35,267 nucleotides of DNA from Candidatus Azambacteria bacterium RIFCSPLOWO2_01_FULL_44_84 (GCA_001774075.1 MEYR01000030.1:1-35267); one strand, 5' to 3'; counted from the first letter of the stretch, positions 9,102 to 17,665 are shown. Made by a program: numbers and translations. Notes: generated from the letters alone by a model not told the origin.

Positions 9102-9491
9102 TTAGGTTTTTTCGGATGATTTTTTCCGGCCCGAACCGACAGTCTTTCTGACGTTACCCCTCCTGGTTCTTGAATTAGTTTTGGTGCGCTGACCGCGGAC
9201 AGGTAAGCCCTTCGCGTGACGCATGCCGCGGTAAGCGCCGATTTCTCTCATGCGCTTGACGTTCATCTGGATTGTCCGGCGGAGATCGCCTTCAATTTTA
9301 TAATTTTTTTCAACAATATCTCTTAGGCGATTCAGTTCTTCCGGAATCAAAGTATTGGCCCGTTTGTCAGGGTCTATCTTTGCCTGTTTGACTATTTTTT
9401 CAGCCAACGGCCTGCCGATGCCGTATATATATGGCAGTGAGAAAACTATTTTTTTATTGTCCGGAATGTTTATCCCAGCGATTCTTGGCAT
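9102..9491 (-). CDS. rpsM: 30S ribosomal protein S13
   Basis: RIAGINIP, IYGIG and YRGMRHAKGLPVRGQRTKTN motifs. Confidence 0.98.
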   Translation of the reverse strand: MPRIAGINIPDNKKIVFSLPYIYGIGRPLAEKIVKQAKIDPDKRANTLIPEELNRLRDIVEKNYKIEGDLRRTIQMNVKRMREIGAYRGMRHAKGLPVRGQRTKTNSRTRRGNVRKTVGSGRKKSSEKT

Positions 9492-9500
9492 ATGTTTTAT

Positions 9501-9633
9501 AAATTCGAAATTAGAATATCGAAATTCGAAACAAATTCAAAATTATAATTCCTAATATTTAAAACGGTTTTGAAAATTTGAATTTTAGTCATTGGAATTT
9601 GTTTGGGATTTCGGATTTCGTGCTTCGGATTTC
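9501..9633. repeat. Two-armed 7-bp-periodic element (TTCGAAA / TTTCGGA family)
   Basis: Left arm aaattcg-aaattag-aatatcg-aaattcg; right arm gatttcg-gatttcg-tgcttcg-gatttcc. Fills the rpmJ-rpsM spacer. Confidence 0.85.
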
Positions 9634-9648
9634 CTTGCCTTGCAAGGA

Positions 9649-9762
9649 TTATCCTTGTCTTTGCTTATGTTTAGGATTAGTACAGATGACAAAAAGCCGA
9701 CCACTTCTGCGGATTATTTTGCATTTTGCGCAGATTTTTTTTACCGATGCTCTAACTTTCAT
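9649..9762 (-). CDS. rpmJ: 50S ribosomal protein L36 (zinc-binding type)
   Basis: Not in the ORF track. Manual translation [37 protein letters not shown], in the canonical position between infA and rpsM. Confidence 0.98.
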   Translation of the reverse strand: MKVRASVKKICAKCKIIRRSGRLFVICTNPKHKQRQG

Positions 9763-9863
9763 ACGCTTACGCTAGTACGATACTAATATACTAATTGTAC
9801 TAATGATACTAATTTATACGAATTTTATTAGTATCTCATTTGTATCATTCGTATATTGGTATC
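9760..9863. repeat. 104-bp intergenic element, copy 2, ending in the rpmJ start codon
   Basis: Direct repeat of 8995-9098 at 765-bp distance with a single C/T difference. Confidence 0.93.
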
Positions 9864-9877
9864 ACACTATCTTAATC

Positions 9878-10102
9878 TTAGTGCCGCCTGACTATTCTTC
9901 CCCGTTTTTCATCATATGGAGACAACTCAACTTCAATTCTGTCGCCTACTAAAACGCGGATGTAATGCAGTCTCATCTTGCCTGACAAATGGGCCAAAAT
10001 TGCCCGCCCATCGTTTAATTGGACTTTAAAGGTCGTGTTTGGCAAGGCCTCAATTACAGTACCCTCAAAAACGAGGTTTTTAGAACCCTTTTCAGTTGGC
10101 AT
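9878..10102 (-). CDS. infA: Translation initiation factor IF-1
   Basis: [23 protein letters not shown] and ELSPYD..RGRI motifs. ATG 10102 preferred. Confidence 0.97.
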   Translation of the reverse strand: MPTEKGSKNLVFEGTVIEALPNTTFKVQLNDGRAILAHLSGKMRLHYIRVLVGDRIEVELSPYDEKRGRIVRRH

Positions 10103-10116
10103 AAAATACAAACATG

Positions 10117-10145
10117 ATTATATGTAATTTATCACTTTTAGTCAA
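10117..10145 (-). promoter_or_regulatory. sigma70 promoter of the infA-alpha operon
   Basis: TTGACT-17 bp-TATAAT on the minus strand, 14 nt upstream of the infA ATG. Confidence 0.75.
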
Positions 10146-10289
10146 CCCCGCACCTTTTCTGAATAGATCTCAAAAAATTGGCGACCTTTTTTATTATATT
10201 GTCGTCTTGATCAGTTTTATTTTGTTTAATAGTTTTTATTTTAGTTATAAATTTGAATTTAGAAAGCCAAATTCAGAAAAGGTGCGGGA
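10146..10289. mobile_element. 144-bp MITE-like element
   Basis: Perfect 18-bp terminal inverted repeats cccgcaccttttctgaat (10147-10164 / 10271-10288), AT-rich interior, TCAA directly repeated on both flanks (10142-10145, 10290-10293). Confidence 0.7.
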
Positions 10290-10304
10290 TCAATGCTGCG
10301 GTTG

Positions 10305-12206
10305 CTATTTTTCGTTTATGACCGTTATCTCAATTTTAGCTGTATTTTGGGGCGCTCGCGTAACCCAAAACGGAGAAAATGTTATGGTAGCGCTTTGAAT
10401 TTGCAACCGCTCAGCGGTAATAATCCTGCGGATGTCTTCGGTATTTTTACCAGCGACAGAATTCTTCAAACTTTCTATGTTAACACGTGAGGCCAGATTA
10501 TTATTTATACTTACCAAAAGCGTCATTTCGCCTCTTGGCCAATCAATTTGCGGTTTTGATAAAGACATACTATCTTTGATTTGTCCGGTGTCAACGGTCG
10601 GAAATTTGCCGCCCAAAAACTTTGCCGTCACGTTAACAATGTCCTGTTCACGGAAAGCTATTGCCTGCCAATCTATTTTACCCTCAATAGTATAAGAGTC
10701 TATCGCATCGCCAACTTTGGCAGAAGATTTTAAATTTACCATCTTTACGACTGAAGCTCCATCTATGATTTTCAAATTGGCCTGATTGGCACCCATCATT
10801 TCTTGCTTGAGAGCGCCAATCAGTTCATTTTGAAATGCACTTTTTGCCGCATCAAAATCAACGGCCGAAAGCACTTTGGCCGTGCCGACTTTTCCGCTTG
10901 ACATATTTTTAGTGCTCTTAGCGTAAAAGCCCGCGTATTTTGGCGAACCTTGGAAACCGGGGATGGTAAAGTATTCCGGACCGACATTGTGTTCATCTCC
11001 CGGCTGGGCAGCGGTTACTTCGGCATCAATAACACTCGGTGTTAAATTTCCTCCCGATACCTTGGCGCCGGGAACAATGACCGCTTTTTGGATCTTGAAA
11101 ATTTTTCCATCTTTAGTTTCAAACCGAGTGCCGGCAACCAGTTTTTGAGGAGAAGAACTGTAGGCATTATAAATATGAATAATGCCATGGGCATATGTGG
11201 AAACCGTTTTTTCCGAATCGCCGTTTACCGTAAAAGTTTTTGAACCGGATTTTGAAGCCGAGAAAAATTGTCCTGGAATAATACCCGCGGTTTCATCAAC
11301 CGACGAGGCGTTTTTGGAAATCGTAACCGGCACGGTGGCGTTGATCGGGTTGGCTTTTGTCGTCAAAACAATGGCTGCTTTGGGCAAGACCAAATAAAAA
11401 CTGCCGCCTGCCGCAGTAATACTCAACAAAACCAAAAAAACTATAAGGCGCGATGGCGCGAAAATCCGCCCAAAAAAACCTGTGGATTTAAATCCGATCT
11501 TTGTTGTTTGAACATGGGGCAGTTTAGTGCCATAGAATTCTTCAATGCCTTTTTCCAGGTCATTCTTTTCAGGAAGGTCGTTCAGACCCGATGGGCGGAC
11601 TTCGTCCTGCCGAAGGCGGAAGTTAAGCCCCATGTTTTGATTGTCAATCTCTTCATCTTGAGTTTCTGGTTTATCTATAACGGGCGGGATAATTGCGTCC
11701 ATTTCGATATCCTTCCCATCTTTAATATCTTCCCCGTTTTGATCTTCGGTAACTTCGGGGATATCATCATTCGGTTGATTCCCAAAGTTAGGAGCAACAA
11801 TATCAACCATTCTGGTGACTGATTTAAGCGGGGTCGAGTGGACAGTCTTTGGTTTTGAATGAGAAATTTCAAAGGCTTCGGGATTGTCCGTCGCCGCGCG
11901 GACTTCGTCTCGCCGAAGGCTTGCTTCGTCCAGCCAAAGGCGGATTTCTTCAATCGTGTCGCCGGCCGCCGCGCCCAATTCCGCGGCTTTGGATTTTATC
12001 TTTTCATTAGTAGTAACAAAAAACAACTTTTTGTTTATGCTTTCAGCTTCTTCCTTCAAATTTTTAACAGATGAAAGATTCGCGGCAATAATAGAATTTT
12101 TCGGCAAAACAATTACAATATTGTCGAGGCTGGCGCGCATGATCCTGTCAATTAAAACAACCGCATCGTCTTTAATTTTAGCGCGGATAATTTCTAGATT
12201 TTCCAT
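10305..12206 (-). CDS. Conserved CPR membrane protein with a baseplate J-like C-terminal region
   Basis: 633 aa: acidic linker, one TM helix, then A.G.I.IYN...QKLVAGTRF and VTAAQPGDEHNV...FTIPGF.G motifs as in CPR baseplate-J/gp47-like proteins. No phage genes nearby. Confidence 0.65.
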   Translation of the reverse strand: MENLEIIRAKIKDDAVVLIDRIMRASLDNIVIVLPKNSIIAANLSSVKNLKEEAESINKKLFFVTTNEKIKSKAAELGAAAGDTIEEIRLWLDEASLRRDEVRAATDNPEAFEISHSKPKTVHSTPLKSVTRMVDIVAPNFGNQPNDDIPEVTEDQNGEDIKDGKDIEMDAIIPPVIDKPETQDEEIDNQNMGLNFRLRQDEVRPSGLNDLPEKNDLEKGIEEFYGTKLPHVQTTKIGFKSTGFFGRIFAPSRLIVFLVLLSITAAGGSFYLVLPKAAIVLTTKANPINATVPVTISKNASSVDETAGIIPGQFFSASKSGSKTFTVNGDSEKTVSTYAHGIIHIYNAYSSSPQKLVAGTRFETKDGKIFKIQKAVIVPGAKVSGGNLTPSVIDAEVTAAQPGDEHNVGPEYFTIPGFQGSPKYAGFYAKSTKNMSSGKVGTAKVLSAVDFDAAKSAFQNELIGALKQEMMGANQANLKIIDGASVVKMVNLKSSAKVGDAIDSYTIEGKIDWQAIAFREQDIVNVTAKFLGGKFPTVDTGQIKDSMSLSKPQIDWPRGEMTLLVSINNNLASRVNIESLKNSVAGKNTEDIRRIITAERLQIQSATITFSPFWVTRAPQNTAKIEITVINEK

Positions 12207-12277
12207 ACGCTTACACTAATTAGTATTATTGGCATCATTTTTTATAGTTTCTACTACTAATTATATAGTCTTGCGCC

Positions 12278-14029
12278 CTATTCCACAACCGCGCGGATTC
12301 TACGCACCCCGGCTGAAGAGCTTTCTTCTTTTATAATTTTGAAGTGGCCGATCTCGCCTGTTTTTTTAATATGCGGTCCGCCGCAGATTTCTCGCGAGTA
12401 ATCCCCTACGGAGTAGACAGTGACTTCGTCCGGATATTTTTCTTTGAAAAACGCGCGGGCGCCCGACACCAAAGCTTCTTTCAGGGAAAGCTTAGCAACC
12501 GTTATGGGCAGATTCTCATCAATTTTTTGATTTACCGTCTCTTCAACTTTTTTAAGCTCTTCCGTCGTCAGCTTTCTCGGAAAAGTGAAATCGAAGCGGG
12601 CGCGTTCGACATTTATATCAGACCCCATCTGCTTAACGTCAGCCTCTTTATCAAGTACGTCGTGAAGCGCCTGATGCAGTAAATGCGTCGCCGTATGGAG
12701 CCGGGTAATTTTTTCTATGTCTTCAATTTCGGATTTCGTGCTTCGAATTTCGGATTTTTCGGTGAGTCCATGTCCTCCGAATTTTTTTCCGGCGCCGACG
12801 CGCGAAATTTCCTGATGCGCCTTAAATGCCGTCTTCCAGCCTGATTCGTCAATGGCGAATCCTTTCTCTAGGGCAAGCTCCCTTGTTAACTCCATCGGAA
12901 AGCCGTAACTCTCATAAAGATAAAAGGCGTCGTTCCCCGAAACAATTTTATCGCTTTTCTGCAAAATAAGTTTTTCAAATTCTTTAAGACCTTTCCCAAG
13001 AGTATTGGAAAATTTTTCTTCCTCTTTTTGAATTACCGTCAGAATGTCTTCTCTTTTAGCAGAAAGTTCCGGATAAGATTTCTTATATAATTCAATCACC
13101 TTTTGGGACAATAGTATTAAAAAGTTAGATTCTAGCTCTAAAAGCCTGCCGTGTCTGATAGCCCTGCGAATTATCCGGCGCAAAACATATCCTGTCCCAA
13201 TATTGGAAGGCATGACACCATCGGCAATTAAAAAAGCGGCAGCTCGGGCATGGTCGGCGATTATTCTTACCGAACGGGCTTCGTCCGGAACGTCGCGGTG
13301 CGAAATCAACTCAATTAAAGGCCGGAATAAATCGGTCTCAAAAATGGTCGGCGCGCCCTGGACTATCATTGCCAATCGTTCAAACCCCATGCCTGTATCG
13401 ACACCGTTTTGTTTAAGCGGCTTCAGAGTTTTGTCGGGCTGGCAGTAATATTGGTTAAAAACGATATTCCAAACCTCCAGGCCATCCACGTAAATTTCGG
13501 ATGTCGGGCCGCAAGGGCCTTCGTTCCCGGTCGGGCCCCAGAAGTTATCGCTCCTTCCGGCTTTTTTTATTCTGTTGACGCTTACGCCGAGTGATTTCCA
13601 GACGGCGATTGATTCCTCGTCTGCCGGCACCTCCGAATCGCCTTCAAAAACAGAAACGTAGATACGCTCCGGCGTAATCTTTAGCTCTTTCGTTATAAAT
13701 TCCCAGCCAAACTTTATAGCTTCTTCTTTGAAATAGCCGCCAAAACTGAAATTTCCGAGCATTTCAAAAAACGTAAGATGAGATTCGTCTCCCACCTCGT
13801 CTATATCAGAAGTCCTGAATGATTTTTGAACGGAAACAGTGTTTTGTGAGCCAAAGTCTTCAATTGGATCTTTCTTCCCAACATAATAAGGCTTAAATTG
13901 CTGCATTCCGGCCGAAGTTAAAAGCACCGACGGATCGTCTTTCGGCAAAAGAGAAGAGGATGGCACAATCTTATGCCCGTTCTTTTCAAAAAAGTTTAAA
14001 AATTTTTCTCTTATTTCCCGCGATGTCAT
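12278..14029 (-). CDS. alaS: Alanine--tRNA ligase (short form lacking the C-Ala domain)
   Basis: LLTSAGMQQFKP, HLTFFEMLGNFSFG, GPCGP, VDTGMGFERL, and editing motifs HTATHLLH and CGGPH. 583 aa. Confidence 0.96.
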   Translation of the reverse strand: MTSREIREKFLNFFEKNGHKIVPSSSLLPKDDPSVLLTSAGMQQFKPYYVGKKDPIEDFGSQNTVSVQKSFRTSDIDEVGDESHLTFFEMLGNFSFGGYFKEEAIKFGWEFITKELKITPERIYVSVFEGDSEVPADEESIAVWKSLGVSVNRIKKAGRSDNFWGPTGNEGPCGPTSEIYVDGLEVWNIVFNQYYCQPDKTLKPLKQNGVDTGMGFERLAMIVQGAPTIFETDLFRPLIELISHRDVPDEARSVRIIADHARAAAFLIADGVMPSNIGTGYVLRRIIRRAIRHGRLLELESNFLILLSQKVIELYKKSYPELSAKREDILTVIQKEEEKFSNTLGKGLKEFEKLILQKSDKIVSGNDAFYLYESYGFPMELTRELALEKGFAIDESGWKTAFKAHQEISRVGAGKKFGGHGLTEKSEIRSTKSEIEDIEKITRLHTATHLLHQALHDVLDKEADVKQMGSDINVERARFDFTFPRKLTTEELKKVEETVNQKIDENLPITVAKLSLKEALVSGARAFFKEKYPDEVTVYSVGDYSREICGGPHIKKTGEIGHFKIIKEESSSAGVRRIRAVVE

Positions 14030-14086
14030 AAAGCAATAGTAATAAAAAACGGCTTAATTATCAACCAGGAAGTAAAAAAAATCCTC

Positions 14087-14434
14087 CTACGATGGCAGGA
14101 GGTCTTTTGAACCCATGATTCCCATTTCATAGAGTTCCATCCTTGCGAACAGAAGGGCTTCTGTTTCAAGCAGGGTCATATAACGAACATTTTTGGACTC
14201 CTCAAGTCCTAACTGAGTCCAAAACCTGATACCGATTTCCTCCAGAGAAAATCCCTCGAAATACCTTAGCTTGAGCAATTCCCGATACACCATCGGCAAC
14301 CGGCTCAGAACTTTCGCGATGATGTCTTTCGTCAGCGTTGCTTCAAGAACCGCATCCGGTTCCGGCTCGTACTCAAGTCCGAATGCATAACAATAAGTAG
14401 GTCGTTTGTTCGGATCATCCGCGTAGATCGGCAC
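14087..14434 (-). CDS. Small protein with a sigma-70 region 4-like helix-turn-helix
   Basis: LSRLPMVYRELLKLRYFEGFSLEEIG matches the sigma4 pattern. GAGG lies 6 nt before the GTG start. Confidence 0.6.
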   Translation of the reverse strand: MPIYADDPNKRPTYCYAFGLEYEPEPDAVLEATLTKDIIAKVLSRLPMVYRELLKLRYFEGFSLEEIGIRFWTQLGLEESKNVRYMTLLETEALLFARMELYEMGIMGSKDLLPS

Positions 14435-14490
14435 GGCCAGCCTCGTGGTTATTAAAAAGAATAACCTATCAACTCTTTAGTTAACACGGA

Positions 14491-15693
14491 TTATAGTGTT
14501 TTGTCAATTACCGCTCCACCGAGTATTTCTCCTATCTTGGAATAAAAAACAATACTTTGCCCGGGAGTGATGGCTCGCTGGGGCTCATCAAAAACCACTT
14601 TTAATTTTTGGAATTTTGATTTTTTGTTTTTGAACTTGTTTCGGATTTCGTGCTTCGGATTTCGGATTTCAAAAAGCAAGGCTTTTTGCAGTGGTTGTCT
14701 GTAGCGAATTCGCGCCAAACACTTGAGAGGCAACCTGAGCGCTTTTCCGGAAATCCAACTCGCCTCTTTTGCCAAAAGAGCTTTTTCAAAAAGCGCGCCA
14801 TCGGACGTTTCGGCGACAATCAGCGTGTTATTTTTGAAATCTTTTTTGGCGACATAATAAGGAACGCCGCCTCCGGTCGTGCCTATTCCCTTTCTTTGGC
14901 CGATTGTGTAAAAACTTAAACCGTCATGAGTTCCGACTCTCTCGCCTTTCAAAGTCAAAATCGGCCCGGGATTTTTACCTAATTGCGATTTCAAAAATTC
15001 CGCGACGTCGATTTCGCCAATGAAACACACTCCTTGCGAATCGGGCTTCTCAGCCGTGGGCAGCTTCCATTTTTTTGCCATCGCTCTGACTTGCGGTTTT
15101 TTATACTCGCCTATCGGAAAAAGGCAATATTTTAACTGCTTTTGTGTCAAAGTCCACAAAAAATATGATTGATCTTTGTTTAAATCTTTAGCAATTTTCA
15201 ATTTACAATTTTCAATTTTCAATGAATTTCCAATGTTTAAATTTTCAATTTTTTTTGAATTTTGAATTTGAGATTTGTTTGGAAATTGGGATTTAGAAAT
15301 TGGAAATTCCCGCTGTAAGCGGGTATAGTGTCCGGTCGCAATATAGTCGGCGCCCAAAGCAAGAGCTTTTTTCAAAAATAATCCGAATTTGATTTCGCGG
15401 TTGCACATTATGTCCGGATTGGGCGTGCGGCCGGCGGCGTATTCGGCAACCATATAATCAACAACGGATTTTTTATAATCCTGTTCAAAATCAAAAACGT
15501 AAAAAGGGATTCCCATTTGACCGGCGACCCGGCGCGCGTCGGCCGCATCTTCAGCGGCGCAACCGGTCAAAGACCAGCCCTTCATATAAACTCCTACAAC
15601 GTCATAACCCTTACGTTTCAATAAAAAAGCGGCGACGCTTGAATCTACGCCACCCGACATTGCTACAAAAACTTTTATTTTTTTCTTAGCCAT
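14491..15693 (-). CDS. mnmA: tRNA-specific 2-thiouridylase MnmA, with two repeat-derived in-frame inserts
   Basis: AMSGGVDSSV, GRTPNPDIMCNREIKF, ATGHY, KDQSYFL, DSQGVCFIG, TIGQRKG and AITPGQ motifs. ATG 15693 preferred. Confidence 0.97.
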   Translation of the reverse strand: MAKKKIKVFVAMSGGVDSSVAAFLLKRKGYDVVGVYMKGWSLTGCAAEDAADARRVAGQMGIPFYVFDFEQDYKKSVVDYMVAEYAAGRTPNPDIMCNREIKFGLFLKKALALGADYIATGHYTRLQREFPISKSQFPNKSQIQNSKKIENLNIGNSLKIENCKLKIAKDLNKDQSYFLWTLTQKQLKYCLFPIGEYKKPQVRAMAKKWKLPTAEKPDSQGVCFIGEIDVAEFLKSQLGKNPGPILTLKGERVGTHDGLSFYTIGQRKGIGTTGGGVPYYVAKKDFKNNTLIVAETSDGALFEKALLAKEASWISGKALRLPLKCLARIRYRQPLQKALLFEIRNPKHEIRNKFKNKKSKFQKLKVVFDEPQRAITPGQSIVFYSKIGEILGGAVIDKTL

Positions 15694-15724
15694 AACTAAA
15701 ATAGTTATGCCACAAAAAATAAAA

Positions 15725-15749
15725 AAGCGCAATCAAATAGATTGCGCTT
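15725..15749 (-). terminator. Intrinsic terminator after the M50 protease gene
   Basis: aagcgcaatc-aaata-gattgcgctt followed by a T-run on the minus strand. Confidence 0.7.
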
Positions 15750-15758
15750 GGCCGCAAC

Positions 15759-16535
15759 TTAATGCGGTCTGAAACCTGAAAAAATGACATGCGATATCAG
15801 ACTGATGATGACGGTGAGAGAGACAAACAGTAGTACGGTCAATGCCACAAGGAATTTCCTTTTTGCGTCGAGGTCTTCCATATCATCATTAGTTGGCCAG
15901 TGATTTATTCCGCCGAAAAAGATGAAAATCAGAACTGTAGCAGGGCCAATAATTTTCTGGGAAACCAGTATAAAAGTCGCCGCCAAAATCATAATCACCC
16001 ATTTAACTCTTTGATAGTGGGCCCCCGTCGCCGCGTACAAGACATGTCCTCCGTCAAGCTGACCGAAGGGCATCAGATTTGCTAAAGTTAGAAGAACGCC
16101 TATGACAATGGCAAAAGAAATCTGGTCTACCGAATGTTGCGTCAGGTAATCCCCCCATCTTGGGAAAAGCAATGCTATTGTGGCGATTGTTCCTGCCCAA
16201 GGACCGGCTACTCCGATATCAAAAAGCGCTTTACGGTTAGGAATCGTTTTGGCGTTCATGGTAATCATCGCTCCAAGCGTCCCGAGTGGGATTATAGGCA
16301 GAGGGATAAACATCGGGCCAGTGGCTTCAACTCCCCACCATTTTGCGGCAAAATAATGACCCAACTCGTGAGACAATAGGATAAACATCAACGCGAATGC
16401 GAATGGTAGGCCATATTTTATTGACAGAGGATTATAAATATCAAACTGGCCAGCATACCAAGTCGCCGCGAAAGCGCAAGAAATGAAAGTTGCGACAAAA
16501 AGCCAAAAACGCAGGTTTCTGAGCCAGTTGCCCAT
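15759..16535 (-). CDS. Site-2 protease family (M50) membrane protein
   Basis: HELGH, LFDIGVAGP and NLMPFGQLDGGH motifs. Confidence 0.9.
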   Translation of the reverse strand: MGNWLRNLRFWLFVATFISCAFAATWYAGQFDIYNPLSIKYGLPFAFALMFILLSHELGHYFAAKWWGVEATGPMFIPLPIIPLGTLGAMITMNAKTIPNRKALFDIGVAGPWAGTIATIALLFPRWGDYLTQHSVDQISFAIVIGVLLTLANLMPFGQLDGGHVLYAATGAHYQRVKWVIMILAATFILVSQKIIGPATVLIFIFFGGINHWPTNDDMEDLDAKRKFLVALTVLLFVSLTVIISLISHVIFSGFRPH

Positions 16536-16583
16536 TGCTTATCCGCCTTATATAATTGTTAAATAACTTACCGCATAATATAC

Positions 16584-16802
16584 ATGAAAATCATCGTAAA
16601 AGCAAGGCCAAATAGCAAAAACGAATCAGTGGAAAAAATAGACGATTTGCATTTTGAAGTTTCCGTAAAAGAACCGCCGGTGAAAGGAATGGCGAATGAA
16701 GCGATAAGAAGGGCACTCGCCGCTTATTTTAAAATTTCGCCATCGCGGGTGAACATTGTTGCCGGTCACACATCTAAAAGTAAAATTGTAGAAATAAAGT
16801 AA
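16584..16802 (+). CDS. DUF167/YggU family protein
   Basis: VKARPNSK, VKEPPVKGMAN and GHTSKSK motifs. Confidence 0.9.
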   Translation: MKIIVKARPNSKNESVEKIDDLHFEVSVKEPPVKGMANEAIRRALAAYFKISPSRVNIVAGHTSKSKIVEIK

Positions 16803-16815
16803 CCCCTTAATAGGG

Positions 16816-17496
16816 TTAATTTTTTTGCCGCGCCTTACTAATACTTATTACTTCGATATAAATATCTGCATAATCCAGGTGCGGAAAAACATGGCCTTGA
16901 GGCAAGTCGAGGCTTAACGCACTGCGCTCAATTCTATTGATTCGGGCGCTGATCCAAAGTGGCGTGCAGACCATGTCCGGGTCGCCCTTTGGCGAAAGGC
17001 CCATTTGGCAACTTTTGAAATTTTCTTCTATCAATTTTTGGTAATTATCCAGCCAAGTATTCGGCCCGGTATCGATAATTATCGTAATGGTGTCAATTTG
17101 GAATGGTCTATTGCCGGCGTAAAAGTAGGCGCGCCCGCTTGATGTAAACATTGCGGTGCCCCGGCCGTTTTTAACCTTTTCCTTCCATAATTGATAGTCG
17201 CCGGGAGAGATCTTAAATAAAAAACTGAATTTAGCCGATGCCGGATCTTTCAAGACAATATTCAAAACCCGAGTTTCGTTATCCATCTGCACGAGAATGG
17301 GCGTTGCGATTGTTATTGCTTTTTGATAGCGCGTGTTGAACACAATCCCGCCAAATTCGGCATTACTTACCCCTTCAGCGCCGTAAGCCCGTCGCGAGCT
17401 AAGAAAAGACGCCGCCAAAAGCAGAACATATAATATCGCCAATACTCCGACAGTAGTGGCGAAAAAGCCCAGAAGCTCTTTGGTATGCTTTTCCAT
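16816..17496 (-). CDS. Hypothetical exported or membrane-anchored protein
   Basis: 226-aa ORF with an N-terminal hydrophobic segment ending AYG-A. GAGG upstream. Confidence 0.65.
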   Translation of the reverse strand: MEKHTKELLGFFATTVGVLAILYVLLLAASFLSSRRAYGAEGVSNAEFGGIVFNTRYQKAITIATPILVQMDNETRVLNIVLKDPASAKFSFLFKISPGDYQLWKEKVKNGRGTAMFTSSGRAYFYAGNRPFQIDTITIIIDTGPNTWLDNYQKLIEENFKSCQMGLSPKGDPDMVCTPLWISARINRIERSALSLDLPQGHVFPHLDYADIYIEVISISKARQKN

Positions 17497-17564
17497 TTGG
17501 AAATCCTCATAAATTTTAAAGAGCGCTGTTTCTCTACTCTATACAACAAAATCATGAATACTAC

Positions 17565-17604
17565 AACCGCATCTATAATTGCGACCGCAATTATAGATGC
17601 GGTT
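17565..17604. repeat. Perfect 19-bp inverted repeat downstream of nrdJ
   Basis: aaccgcatctataattgcg-ac-cgcaattatagatgcggtt. Confidence 0.75.
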
Positions 17605-17617
17605 TAAAAAATAAAAA

Positions 17618-17643
17618 TCCCGACAATAAATGAAATGTCGGGA
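17618..17643 (-). terminator. Hairpin terminator after nrdJ
   Basis: tcccgaca...tgtcggga followed by a T-run on the minus strand. Same cccgac/gtcggg stem as 5480-5520. Confidence 0.55.
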
Positions 17644-17665
17644 CTCAATCTGTAGTTAATAATTT

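Noticed and set aside
8995-9863. Repeats as a CRISPR array
   Set aside because: Only two long copies separated by genes; no repeat-spacer periodicity and no cas operon.
10305-12206. Prophage suggested by the baseplate-J-like gene
   Set aside because: It is isolated among housekeeping genes, has a TM anchor, and no other phage genes are present.
12278-14029. alaS as a truncated pseudogene
   Set aside because: Catalytic and editing motifs are intact and the ORF ends cleanly after the editing domain; short AlaRS forms are known.
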